Positions 25,108 through 37,392 are shown, numbered from the whole stretch's first letter. The stretch: DNA of 63,814 bases, filler included, from Syncephalis fuscata S228 (GCA_025786725.1; 5 parts of 5 records of this genome joined end to end with filler, not necessarily neighbours in it); one strand, 5' to 3'. Made by a program: numbers and translations. The notes: generated by a model from the sequence alone, not told the origin.

Positions 25108-28100
25108 GTGTCATCTCGACGTCGTTGGTTAGCATATTGTGCCTGTCTATCCTGAGCGTACGATATGTTGTCTTTTACCGCCTTTTGTATCGCTTCTAGT
25201 CGCTGTAAAAACTCCTCAGCTGCTGGTACTGTTATATTATCGCTATCAGCTGGCATAGTCGTTGTTATTGGATGACGTCCATATACAGAGAAGAAAGGTG
25301 TAATACCAGTAGTAGCGTTAGTACTATTGTTATAGGCAAATTCTAATGCAGGTAAGTATTTATCCCAATCATCTTGTTGTTGGCTAATAACATGACGTAA
25401 CATTTCTTCGATGGTTCTGTTGGTTCGCTCAGTCTGGCCGTCAGTCTGTGGATGATTTGCAGTTGATCTGGCTAATTTAGTACCGGTAAATTCAAATAAG
25501 GCTTCCCAGAATCGGCTAGTAAATCGTGGGTCACGATCAGAGATTATGGATCGTGGAAGACCATGTAGACGATATACATGGTCGAAGTATAGTCGTGCGG
25601 TGTCAACAGCTGTGACAGTGTTGGTAGTAGGCACGAAGTGGGCTTGTTTACTAAAGCGGTCAACTACTACCATTAACGCATCTGCACCTTTTTCAGTGAG
25701 TGGTAGATGTGTAATAAAATCCATACTAACTGAGTCCCATGCATGTGCAGGTATTTCAAGTGGTTGTAATAAGCCACCTGGTCGTCGATTAGTGGCCTTA
25801 TTACGTTGGCAAGTATCGCAGGAAGTGACATAGCGGTGGACGGTGTTGTGTAGTGATGGCCAGTAAAAATGGCGATGAATAGCCAGGTATGTTTTATCTA
25901 CACCTAGATGGCCGGCTACGATGGCATCGTGATGATCGTGTAGTATATCTTGACGTAATTGGTTATTTTTAGGTACACATAATCGATCACCGTTGAAATA
26001 TAACAATCCATCAGTTAGTCGATACTTGACTAACTTGGTACGAAGAGCTGGAAGTGGCGTTGTCGTATTAAGCTGGGCGTATATTTCACCAAAGTCAACA
26101 TCGTTGGCGTACAAGTTTTTAATTTGATCAATATATGTAAAACTGACAGTAGTTAAACTGGACAGTTGTAAATCAGGCCGTCTGGATAATGAATCGGCTA
26201 CAATATTGTTTTTCCCGGGCTTATATTCGATCAATACGTCATATTCTTGTAATAGTTCTGACCATCTTGCTTGTCTGGTTGATAAATTCGGTTGACTCTG
26301 GAAGTACTGCAAGGTTTTATGGTCAGTATACGCGTGAAATGACGATCCATGTAAGTAGTGGCGCCAAATCTTTAAAGCATCTATTAATGCTAATAGTTCT
26401 TGTTCATGTACCGGATAATTGCGTTCAGCGGGCTTCATTTTGCGCGAATGATAAGCAATGGGGTGCCAATGGCCATCACGATCTTGCTGCAACAAGGCAG
26501 CACCTACAGCAAAGCCAGAAGCATCGGTTTCTACACGGAAAGGCTGATGTACGTCGACTATTTGTAATACTGGAGCTTGGGTCATTGTCTTCTTTAGTAT
26601 ATCAAATGATTTTTGAGCTTCAATGGTCCATAAGAAACGACGATCTTGACATAGTAGATCGGTAAGTGGTGTGGCTATAGCAGAGTAATTTTTAATAAAC
26701 TTTCTATAGTAGTTGGCCAAGCCTGTAAAAGCGCGTATATCAGTGACGTTTCGTGGTGTAGGCCAATCAGAAATGGCCTTTATCTTAGCTGGATCAGCTT
26801 TTACACCATTAGCACATAGCAAATGGCCTAAATATTCAACTTCATCCTTAAATAATTCACATTTTGACCATTTGGCGTATAAGTGGTTGTCGCGAAGTAT
26901 TTGTAATACTTGGCGTAGGTGTCGTTCGTGGTCTTCTGGTGTTTTACTGTAGATGAGAATATCGTCCAAATAGACAATAACACATTTGTCTAGTAATGGC
27001 CTAAATAGATAGTTTACCAGTGTTTGAAAACTGGATGGTGCATTACTTTGACCAAAACTAACTACTAGCCATTCAAAGTGACCATAGCGGGTGCGAAAGG
27101 CCGTCTTGGGTATATCCTCTTCTACTACACGTAGTTGATGATAAGCAGAGCGTAGATCTATCTTAGAAAAGACAGTTGCGCCTAACACTTGGTCGAATAA
27201 ATCTTCAATCCTTGGCAATGGGTACTTGTTCTTGATAGTGATTTTATTCAGCGCTCGATAATCAACACACATGCGCATACCACCATCTTTCTTCTTGACG
27301 AAAAGAACAGGCGCACCGTAGGGCGATATACTAGGACGAATATATCCCGCGTCAAGTAATTCGGTAAGTTGTGTTTTAAGTTCTTTAAGTTCCAGAGGGG
27401 ACAATCGGTATAAGGCGTTACTGGGTGGTGTTGCGCCTGGTATCAAATCGATACGATGATCTAATCCATCACGTTTTGGCGGCAATTGTTTCGGTAGTTT
27501 GTCGGGAAATACGTCAGCAAAGTCGTTGCGTAATCCAGTCAATACTGGAGTGATGGATGGGTCATTTGAGTGATTAGCAGCTTCATTTAGCGGATTATCG
27601 GCTGGTCGTACAATGGCTAGGTGTAATTCATCTGTTCGTTTAGCATAGCGTTTAAATTGTAAGGCAGATAATGGCAATATGGTTGGTTGTCTATGTGCAT
27701 TTGCTTGCCATACAATGTGTCGATTATCATGCATAAACGTAACAGTGTTAATTAACCAATCTATCTGTGGATTATAGCGGGCTAGCCACGGTTTACCGAG
27801 TATTACGTCGTGTTCTAAAGGAACAACCAAAAACGATAAACGGTCTTTGTAACCAGTGGAAGTAAGGAGCGCACCAGCCAGTTGGCGGTCACACGTATAC
27901 GAACGGCCATCTGCCACGTGTACGGTCGATGGGTATTTAACTTTATGGGTGTGTGCGCGAATATGTTTCACAAGATTTGCGGATACAAAGTTATCAGCTG
28001 CTCCACTATCTATTAGTACCGTAACTTTTCTACCTAATAAACGAGCATTGATACGTAATAAATCGTGAGCGTGTGGATATTTTGACAATAAACTTTGTTC

Positions 28101-28277
28101 CTTTAAAAGTGCATCAGTGTCATCAACAACATTAGCATGAGGAAATAATGGCGCAGAAACAAGCAATTCATCATCAGAAGTAAGCGAGAGAAGATCGGGG
28201 GTGGCATCAACAGAAATAGTATTTAGTTGGGCACCAGTAGGTTGTGATGCTGACACTACTGGTGCTGGACTTTTCCC
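25108..28277 (-). CDS. pol: Pol polyprotein of element A (PR-RT-RH-IN), reached by -1 frameshift
   Basis: Open frame of >1000 aa with catalytic motifs intact. Confidence 0.95.
28204..28277 (-). promoter_or_regulatory. -1 programmed ribosomal frameshift signal of element A
   Basis: G GGA AAA slippery heptamer (28277-28271), 5-nt spacer, 10-bp stem GCACCAGTAG/CTACTGGTGC; loop GCATCA can pair with downstream TGATGC. Confidence 0.85.
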
Positions 28278-29451
28278 GTATTCAAAGGACAAAAACGCAT
28301 GATGTGGCCATATTGGCGACAGCGGAAACAGCCGCCGTTTTGTCGTAACGTTTCGCGTTCAGCATCAGTGAGTGGAACCGATTAATGGTGTCTAGTTCCA
28401 TTGGTATAGGGCCATTTCTTGGTTGTGTGTTAATCGGAGGGCGAAACTGTTGTTGTTGCGTTGGACGAGGTGTGTTATGGCGAACGTTGTTAGTTGATGA
28501 TTTGCCAATGTACTTGCGTAACGAATCAAAATGAGTAGCCACTTCTATGGCTGATTGTAATGTAGACGGTGTAGCTTTTTGTACTTCGTATTTAACTTCG
28601 TGATTCAGTCCATTAATAAACATAATACGTAAAGCTAACTGCCACATTTCGGAATCAGGCATAGGAAAAGTGTGCCTTAAATTGTTAAATTCTAACGTAT
28701 AATCATTGACACTTTTGTTGGCTTGTCGTAACATGTGAAGACGACTAAAAGCGTCTTCTTCTACCGAAGTACCGGGACAGATGTGTTGGCGTAGTGCGTG
28801 AGCAAACGCACTCCAAGTGGTATATGGATGACTATAGTCACCGTCAGAGTGAATAGTATTACTCTGCCACCAACTAGAGGCAGTGCCATCTAAATAAGTG
28901 GCGGCTACTTCGATGCGTTCAATTTCATCAGGGATATACCTGACATATTGCCGTGCACGGTACAACCAAGTCTCTACTGAAATATCCTTATCATTGCCGT
29001 TGTATCGTGGCGGGGCAGATGGACGAGCAGTAGGAGGGGCAGTGACAGAAGTAGATGGAATAGCGGCAATAGCAGCGGCAGTATTGGCAGCGGCAGTAAC
29101 AACAGCATCGGCAGTAGCAGCATTATTTTGGGACACAATTTGCGTTACCAAACTTGAAATAAAGTCAGCGTTGGTAACGAAACTTGTGTTAGGCAATTCT
29201 GGGTTCATAATGGGTGTTATTTCTTCTTGAGTATCAGTAGTGTATTCGTTCGTGTGGCTTGTGATCGGTGGTTCGTACTGGGTATCGGTGTATTCGTTCG
29301 TGTGGCTTGTGATCGGTGGTTCGTACTGGTTATCTGGGTATCGAAAGGTTACTGGTGGATCTTGGATGAGTTCGTCGGCGAAAGATTGACGGGCTTGTTC
29401 GTGGTCGAAGTATTTCGCACCACGTCGTTGGTTCATATCACTGTAAGTCAA
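28256..29451 (-). CDS. gag: Gag of element A; the CCHC knuckle lies after an apparent 1-nt deletion at ~28378
   Basis: Capsid-like '[14 protein letters not shown]...LDGTASSWW...LRQ...FINGL', PMELD. The alternative frame continues [39 protein letters not shown]. Confidence 0.88.
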
Positions 29452-29472
29452 GGCAACGAGGTGGATAGGTTT

Positions 29473-29491
29473 AAACTACCCGTTGCTACCA
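29473..29491 (-). promoter_or_regulatory. Primer-binding site (tRNA-iMet type) of element A
   Basis: TGGTAGCAACGGGTAGTTT, 2 nt inside the LTR end; its complement AAACTACCCGTTGCTACCA fits a eukaryotic initiator tRNA 3' end (...GCT-ACCA). Confidence 0.8.
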
Positions 29492-29493
29492 TA

Positions 29494-29831
29494 TGTAACC
29501 GTAGATACAGCGAACTGTTGCGGTTACTACGAGTCACAATACAATAATGTATATAAAATAAAAATGAATATTGAAAGTGAACTAATGTCTTTATTTGTGG
29601 TCATAATCATACGCGTATTTATATTGTTCTATTGGATATATGGAATATCTAAGTAGAACAATAAAAGAAAATAAAATAAAAATAAAAGAAAATAAAAGAT
29701 AAAGATAAAACAATACGCGGTGGCGGAGTGTTAACTTCATCGTGGACCATGTGTGATGATCGGTGTGTTTAAACACCGATCATAATGTCTAAAAATGGTA
29801 ATAATAAATGAGAGGGAGAATTTTTGTTACA
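29494..29831 (-). repeat. 5' LTR of element A (338 bp)
   Basis: Termini TGTAAC...GTTACA; abuts the PBS on one side and interrupts the RNaseH of element B on the other. Confidence 0.85.
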
Positions 29832-31568
29832 ATAATTCTTTTCGGCTGCCTGTAATATACGTGACATAAATGCAACAGGATGTTCATTATTATCGGTTAT
29901 TTGTGATAATACTGCACCAATTGCATAATCAGATGCATCTGTAGTAACGATAAATGGTGCATTAACATTTGGTATAACCAATACCGGTGCTGTAACTATC
30001 GCATTACGTAGTGTGTCAAATGCTGTTATTTTGATTATCTCCCATGTGAATGGCTCATCATTCTTAGTCAATTGACTTAAATGCCGTGCAGTATCAGCAT
30101 ATCCACGAATAAACCGTCTATAATAGCCAGTTAATCCGAGGAAAGAGCGCAGTTCTTTCAGATTGTTTGGTATAGGCCAATTTGCAATAGCCATTACTTT
30201 ATCGTGTAGTGGTCTTATACCCTCGCCACTAACAATATGTCCCAAAAATTCCACCTCATCTTTACCAAATTCACATTTGCTTAATTTGGCATATAATTTG
30301 TTTTCTCTTAGTAATTGTAACACTTGCCGTAAGTGCCACTCATGTTCGGTATGATTTTTACTAAATATTAAAATATCATCCAAAAATACCACTACACACT
30401 TGTCTAGTAATTTATGAAATACATTATGCATTAATCGCATAAATACTGACGGTGCATTAGTCAATCCAAATCCCATCACCGTCCACTCATAATGCCCATA
30501 GCGCGTTCTAAACGCTGTTTTGTGAATATCATCCTCATTTACTCTTATTTGATGATATCCACTTCTCAAATCTATTTTTGAGAATACTTTCGCCCCATGT
30601 AACTGATCGAATAATTCATCGATCAGTGGCAACGCATAACGATCACGAATTGTTTGTGCGTTTAACATTCTGTAATCCACACACATACGTAAATCACCTC
30701 CTTTCTTCCGCACAAATAGTACAGGTGCACCAAATGGTGATGTACTAGGCCTAATAAAGCCTTTTTCTAACAAATCATCGATCTGTTTCTTCAACTCGTC
30801 TAACTCTTTCTTTGCCAGATGGTATGTAGGCCGAAATGGTGGCTGCTGATGTGGCACCAAATTGATACGTATATCAATGTCTCTTTTTGGTGGTAAACCA
30901 GGTGGTAATTCTTCTGGTCCAACATCGGCAAATTCACCCAACAATCGCGCGTAACGGCCATTTAACGATGTATCATTTTTTTCTTTGTTTTCTTTTATCA
31001 TCGCTAATAAAATCATATCATTGGCTTCTGTTTGCTCGACTTCTTCTATTGACATGAATGAAGGCTGAATTTTGTCGGTAATTTCTAATGTACTTTTGGG
31101 TGCTGAATTACAATTAGAATTAATAACACCGGTCTTCCAATCTACTTGCGCTTCATGTTTTCTTAGCCATGGCATACCCAGCACTGCATTATAGTTGCCC
31201 AATTTCATAATAGTAAAATCAATTTGTTCTTTCAGATAATTGAAAATAATAGGCACTTTATTAGCAGTACCAGATACACCGCACTCCATACCATTTCCCA
31301 ACTTTACATTGGCTGAATTTGCTTGTTTCGTAACATGTACTTGAGCCCTCTTGGCAAATTCAATATCCATAAAGTTGGTGGATGCACCAGAATCGATTAA
31401 TACATGGGCTGGAACACCATTGATTTTGAGTGCTACTGTAATTAAACCGGAGCTAGCGCGACCTTGAATGAGTGTAGACTGCTCAAATCCGGGTGGTATC
31501 GGAGTATTAGCGGCAACCTGGCCGTCAGTAAGTGTGCCGCACTTAATTACTGACGGTTGTCGTTTCCC
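29832..31568 (-). pseudogene. pol: Pol of element B (PR-RT-partial RNaseH), interrupted by insertion
   Basis: [12 protein letters not shown] upstream of ORF 29769-31370; RT motifs; the reading frame runs into the LTR of A after AEKNY. Confidence 0.9.
31510..31568 (-). promoter_or_regulatory. -1 programmed ribosomal frameshift signal of element B
   Basis: G GGA AAC (31568-31562) in the gag frame, 5-nt spacer, 10-bp stem CCGTCAGTAA/TTACTGACGG; loop GCGGCA pairs with downstream TGCCGC; pol is in the -1 frame. Confidence 0.9.
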
Positions 31569-32410
31569 TGAATTACGTTGTTGTTTGCTTGGACGTCGAC
31601 ATTTGTTGATTGTAAATCTAAGCTGTTAGATTGCTGTTGATTGTTGTTATCGCGGTTATTGTAATTACGGTTGTTATTGCGATTACAATTTCTGGCTAGA
31701 TGGCCACGTTTGTTACATGTGTAACATCTAGGCCCGTTATTGTAATTTTTACGGTTATTGTAATTACTGCTGTTGCTATTATTAATAAAACCTAAACTAT
31801 TTAAAGCTTGGACTATAGTATCTAAATCCATTGGTGTTGGGCCGTTATTAGATTTAGTTGGTGGTGGTATTAAGTGTTGTAATCCATGTTTCCTTGAGTA
31901 ATAGAAAGCACGTGTGGAAGCGTAAGCTTCGTTGATATTGGTGGGTTTATTATGTATCGAATCGGTTAAGTATTCCGGCGGCAATGTAAGTCGAAATGCC
32001 GTAACCAATTCCATGTCAGCGGCATCTGGAATTCGACTACGCAGTGCTGTGAAATTTGTAATATGTTCTTCAATGTCTTTATCTTCTGTCCAGCGCAATC
32101 GTGTGAGTTCCAAACGCGCGATGTCCGCTGATCGATTGCCACCAAAACGTTCTAAAATTCCGTCCCTTAGTTGTTCCCACGTGCTATATGGCGTATTACC
32201 GCCGCGTATCGATTGATACCAAACTGCCGCTGGTCCCGATAGTTGTTGGGACGCCATTATACGTTTTTGTTCGTCTGTAAATGTACCCAATTCCCATGCG
32301 TCTTCTACCATGTTACACCAATGTTCCACAGGCAAACTGGAATCACCGGTGAACTTTTCGGTGTGTGTGAGTGGTGAGCGGGAATTCGGTGAGAATAAAA
32401 TCGGTCTCAA
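31547..32410 (-). CDS. gag: Gag of element B with CCHC zinc knuckle
   Basis: EKFTGD...[31 protein letters not shown]. Confidence 0.9.
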   Translation of the reverse strand: MRPILFSPNSRSPLTHTEKFTGDSSLPVEHWCNMVEDAWELGTFTDEQKRIMASQQLSGPAAVWYQSIRGGNTPYSTWEQLRDGILERFGGNRSADIARLELTRLRWTEDKDIEEHITNFTALRSRIPDAADMELVTAFRLTLPPEYLTDSIHNKPTNINEAYASTRAFYYSRKHGLQHLIPPPTKSNNGPTPMDLDTIVQALNSLGFINNSNSSNYNNRKNYNNGPRCYTCNKRGHLARNCNRNNNRNYNNRDNNNQQQSNSLDLQSTNVDVQANNNVIQGNDNRQ

Positions 32411-32504
32411 CGTGTACTATATACTGAATCGTAATTTTAAAACAGCGGTGCTTATTTTCAAACACTGATAAGCAAAAATAAAATAAAATTGAAAAGAGGA
32501 CAAT

Positions 32505-32678
32505 GCGACAAACGCGATATACGGTGCGACAAACGCAAAATAACGGTGCGACAAACGCAAAATAAACGGTGCGACAAACGCAAAAATAAACGGTGCGACA
32601 AACGCAAAAATAACGGTGCGACAAACGCAAAATAAACGGTGCGACAAACGCAAAAATAACGGTGCGACAAACGCAAAT
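32505..32678. repeat. Tandem minisatellite (22-24 bp unit, 7 full copies + 1 partial) in the 5' leader of element B
   Basis: Core ACGGTGCGACAAACGC followed by a variable A/T linker. Confidence 0.95.
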
Positions 32679-32874
32679 ACTAGTAACTACCCGTTGCTAC
32701 CAATGTAACAACCGTAAAATAGGATATAATGGAATAAAGATTATCTTTTATTAAACAGAAATTGTGTGTTATTTATAAGCTTTGCGGAGCTTTAATTTAA
32801 GGTGTTGTGGGAAAATAATTGCATAATATTTAAATTATACAATTATTTCCCGTAACGAATATAATATCGTTACA

Positions 32875-33050
32875 GGATGTTATTTCTTTTTGTGACAGTA
32901 GTATTCGTTGGTGAAACTTGTGATCGGTTGTTCGTAATGGGTATTGGTGTGTTGAGAAATCACTGGTAGATCTTGGATGAGTTTGTCAGCAAAAGCGGGG
33001 CTTGTTCGTGGTTAAAGTATTTAGCACCACGACGTTGATTCATATCTGTT
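32875..33050 (-). mobile_element. Degenerate gag 5' fragment of an older family-A element (host of element B)
   Basis: Aligns with ~29212-29440, e.g. 'gatcttggatgagtt', 'gggcttgttcgtggt.aagtattt.gcaccacg.cgttg.ttcatatc'. Confidence 0.85.
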
Positions 33051-33699
33051 GTAGTAAACAGTTGGTTCAATAGGAAACAATTGGATATGAGATAAATGGA
33101 TAATGATTTTGTTTATGTAGTAAATTGTTGCTGTATTTATAGCAATGTAAGTGTATGTAGAAAATACTCGTTTCATTGTAATGGAATGTTGTCGAATGTT
33201 TATTGATGTCATAGGACATCAAAAACATTGGGAAATCTAGATTTCATATTTTGCTTACTATATTTAGTAATTATGATCGGGAAGATCAGGGTGACGTAAT
33301 AATCCCAAATGTCATAAATGCTGAGTTGTGAATCTAAAAATAGAATTTTAACAAAAATAAAGTAGCTGATAATGCCTATTAAAAATACTAAATTATGTGC
33401 TCTTTTATAGTAAAATGAGCTAAGATTAAGAGGTATTTGTAAAGAAAGAACTTGTTTGTTCCTTCCTTTTAATATTGTATATGGGTATTAAGTTACTTAA
33501 AGTAAATTAGTACCCATGTTCTGTACTTAATATGTTAGTTGGGGGTACTAGCCGCGTGTTAAGTAAAAGCTACACAAATGTTGTACCTGACTAGATCACG
33601 TGACTAGATGCCAAATTAATTATAATTACCATATTTGGTAATAGATAAATAATTCAATCATGTGATCAAATTATTATTATTAGTGCCTTCGTAACAATG

Positions 33700-34430
33700 T
33701 GATGGTGGCGTCCACGTCATTTTGAACCACAGCGATAGCATATGTGGGGTATAGATTTTTTGCCGTTGTTTTTGGTGCTATACCAAAGACCAATTCGAAT
33801 GGCGAATAACCAATAGTGTCTTGTCTTCGACTGTTATATTGGTGGGTGATTTGCGGTAGTAATCGATACCAATGTGTCGTGGATGGTCGATCGGTGGCAT
33901 ATTTAGCTAATAGTTCTTTGAGTTTACGATTTGTGCGTTCAACTAGTCCATTAGTTTGAGGGTGATATGGGCTAGATTATGCGTGTGTAATGTCGTGTTT
34001 TTCTAGCAATTTTTTTACTGATCCAGTAAATTCTTTACCATGATCTGTAAGTATTTCAGACGGAATACTGTGACGATTCAAAATTTCTCTTCAATAAACT
34101 GAGCAACTCTAGCAGCTGTATTGGCTCCGATAGCTCTAGTTTTAATCCATTTGGTCAGATAATCGATAGCAACAACAATGTATCGTTTGTTGGTTGAACT
34201 ACGAGGTAGTGTAATTAAATCAATACCGAACCGGTGAAATGGTGCAATAATGGGTATTGGTTTTAATGATTGTACGTGTCGTATTTGCGTCCTTAATTGG
34301 CAGTTACAACAGCCTCGAATATATGCTTGTATATCGCTGTCCATTTATGTCCAAAAATAACGGCGTTTAATTAATTCACACGTACTATGATTGGCAAAGT
34401 GTCCTGCTTCATCATGGTGTAGTTGTAATA
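33700..34430 (-). pseudogene. Degenerate retroviral-type integrase
   Basis: 'CCNCQ', PFHRFGIDLITLP...YIVVAIDYLTKW, 'ILTDHGKEF', 'PYHPQTNGLVERTNRKLK', 'YSPFELVFG', with stops and frameshifts. Confidence 0.85.
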
Positions 34431-34659
34431 GTGTAACTAATATTGTCGCACTTTTAACACTTGGTTTATCGTAACAAGAAAGTTGTTATCATTTTACTTG
34501 TTACGCAAACGCTACATGTTACAATTATAATCATACATTAATTGTTTTTTGTATGGTTATAATTCTATTATTTCGTACTAATTATTAAATGTAAGCTTAG
34601 TCTAACAATCACTGCTAGACTGAGATAATCAGAAAAGACTCTAAATTCAGTAATAAAGA

Positions 34660-35640
34660 GAATAAATTTAAAGTAAAAAATACTTGTACCATTTTGTCGC
34701 GATCTGTCCATTCATGTCTTCTAGCATCTCGTTCAAATTGTATTAGCCATAAAATTGGATATTCGTTCTGTACTGTTCCTTCAAATGGCAAAATGTTACT
34801 GCCTACTTTTAGCGTAATTTGATAATTTGATATTAGCGCGTGATAATCGTATTCTTAATTATTAAATATTGCTGGTACTTATTGGCAAGTATATTCCTTT
34901 TTTTTACTGAAATGATGGCAAATTAATATGTTGATTTAGTGGTGGTTGACTATTGGCGTTTAATACACTTCTTGGGTCGGGAAGTATAAGCTGTGTGTTA
35001 GCGGTTGGTCTTAAACCGTAATCTCTATTAAAACTAGTAGTCGACTGTTTCTCTTTCCTACTTTTAATAATAAAATACAGTTGTTTATCTACTTTAATAA
35101 ATAGTGATTCTTTTATCTTTTGTTCCATTCCGTCTGCTACCATGTCCTTAATTCCATCTCTACCTAAGTCTACTGCCATTTGACCTAAAAAATGGGCTAG
35201 TGATAATACAAATCGTTTCATATCTGTCTGGTCACCTTTTCGCGCATGGATGCGATTATAGAACTCCATGCTAATATTGATTTGTCTAGGCTGCCTGTGC
35301 AGTTCATATTTTGTATGAATAATAGTATTCTGCCGCGTAGTGATTCTAACTCTTTTGGGACGTCTTTTATGAAAGCTGAATTATATACTTCTTCGGTGTT
35401 ATCGTCAGTTAGTTGACTAACAATAAGTTAAGTGTATTTTATATTTTTGCATTGTCTCGTGTTTGGATGGTCCAAGCGGTGGCCTTTTTAACGCGTCTTT
35501 AGTTGGACCATCCATTGTACCATATCTTGTTCTTTTAGTACCAAGAGATCTTTCGGGATTGATAGAATTGTTTTACTAGTCTGAGTGGGCTTGCTAAATG
35601 TTATTATTCTATCCCTGGTAGAATAGTAACATCATGTAAC
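34660..35640 (-). mobile_element. Degenerate gag-like remnant of a further LTR element
   Basis: Minus-strand 'PFEGTVQNEYPILWLIQFERDARRHEWTDRDKMVQV' (~34680-34790) resembles a Gag capsid N-terminus; TGTAAC at 35635 is a possible LTR edge. Confidence 0.5.
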
Positions 35641-36660
35641 TATTGGTATCGAAAAGTGTATTTTCAATAATCTAATGGTATTAATTACGTATTTTATGTT
35701 ATCATATGTGATCTAATTTTTATCTTTGTTCTTTCCATATCAACCAAACTAGATGTTTATAGAGTACATTAATATAATAATAATAATAATAATGCATTTT
35801 TCGCCCCTGAATTTCATTTCATGTCAATAGTAATATCAGTCAAAAACAAACATGCAAAATTTAAATAACAATGATATAATAGAGCGACGGATAATAGTTT
35901 ATTGCAATATAGGCAATGTATATATTTATATTAAGCATGAGCTACACAAATATTATATATATATTATGCCAAGCAATCTCTAAAAGCTTCATATCTTTGG
36001 CTCTATATTTAGATTGCAACTACATTACCTGTTATTGCGTAATCTCACGTGCTTTAATTATTTACATTATTAGTACCCTGTTAGCTATTTATTACTTAAA
36101 TAGTCAGCTATGTATGATACTCGTATAGTTTTTATATTGTTCTAAACAAGGCAACTAATTAATAATAAACATTAATATAGTAGAATTCAATAATTTATTA
36201 AAAATAACAAACTATGCGTGTATCTATATATAGTAAATGATACACAAATGTCTGTTTATGTATATGCTAAGCAATTTCCAAAGCATAAAACTCTTGATTA
36301 TAAATGATAACCTATGTGTCTTTAAGGCAAGAACTAACATTATAATTAATTTTTAAACTTCAAATAATAAACAATAGAATTTTGAAGTATCAAAATAGTA
36401 ATGGCTTTTTCAAATCAATAAATCGTAAATACACAGAATTGATGTGTAATTTGCATATTAATTTGTTTTTAATACATCAGCTTATCATAATGAATTGTGA
36501 TTTGGCCAAGTAATTTACCGCAATTTATATAAACTCAAATTGTATTTAACACAACAAATATTTAATTGCTGAATATATACTAAATATAGCTATTTACGAT
36601 TACACAATAGTTATGTGTGACTTAGTCATGGTTTACTGCATTTTAAAGATATCAGTAATT

Positions 36661-37392
36661 TTAGATAACTTTTAATTTATAATTTATTGACATCAAGTAA
36701 AATTCATAAAGGCAGTGATGCCATAGCTTTTTTAATTTAGAAATATATATAGTTACTAACAGGTATAAGCCGACTAGAATAGCTTGTTGAGTTTCATTTA
36801 TATGGATATCAGCACTGCGGATATTGTTTGGATCATTCATTGCTGAGGTGTCGGAGTCATTATTTATAGGTTTTTTTGTAACGTAATTCACAGTATCGTT
36901 GATGTAATATACCTAGAAAATGTTAGCTTGTATAAGTCGCATGAATACTTGCCAGTCAACGGTATAAAATATTCTTGAGAATCTCCTCCAACCTCGAAAA
37001 CAATAATAAGGCAACAGATTACATTGCAGAGAACTATCAGGCACATTATCTGAATACCATCACGGGCCAGTTTCCTCCATGCTTCATAGCCATATCTTTG
37101 ATAGCGTCTATAGGCTACAGTGCTAAAAATGATTGAAAAAAGTATGTTGCTTGGAACCATTGTGCCGATCCAGTAGAATGGGATAAAGAGATGATAGTAA
37201 GAAAGCATCCGGCAGATTTTCCAATACAATGTGTGAGTAGTTGTATACAATATAAATAAAGAAAAGCTGTGGCAGAATGCAAATGGTGCCACAAATGGCT
37301 ACCCAGCGTTGCGATAACAGCACAAGGTAGGCTTTGTAAAGTACAATATGCTGTTGCAAAAGATTGAAAAGCTTACTGCCGCTACAATATAC
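36661..37392 (-). pseudogene. 3' part of a multi-pass membrane (GPCR-like) gene with frameshifts
   Basis: Hydrophobic segments split over overlapping frames ('YKAYLVLLSQRWVAICGTICILPQL', 'FYWIGTMVPSNILFSIIFSTVAYRRY...WRKLARDGIQIMCLIVLCN'). Confidence 0.6.

Larger units (their letters stand above)
25108..29831 (-). mobile_element. Ty3/Gypsy (chromovirus-like) LTR retrotransposon A: 5' LTR, PBS, gag, pol; 3' end lost at the contig edge
   Basis: Domain order PR (LIDSGA) - RT (YLDD) - RNaseH (TDAS, AERNY) - IN (HHCC, GQTER); LTR 29494-29831; PBS 29473-29491. Confidence 0.96.
29832..32874 (-). mobile_element. Ty3/Gypsy LTR retrotransposon B (5' part), disrupted by element A
   Basis: Gag 31547-32410 with [14 protein letters not shown]; pol [22 protein letters not shown], ends abruptly after AAEKNY; PBS 32685-32702; LTR candidate 32704-32874 (TGTAAC...GTTACA). 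Confidence 0.93.

Noticed and set aside
29769-29831. C-terminal tail [20 protein letters not shown] of pol B
   Set aside because: Read-through into the LTR of element A.
32343-32676. Repetitive ORFs (MRLSHR...)
   Set aside because: These are translations of the minisatellite.
32505-32678. CRISPR-like array
   Set aside because: No unique spacers, no cas genes, eukaryotic context; it is a tandem repeat in a retrotransposon leader.
34432-34523. Possible 92-bp solo LTR (TGTAAC...GTTACA) with an internal hairpin
   Set aside because: Very short, with no TSD or second copy visible; not supportable without a genome-wide search.
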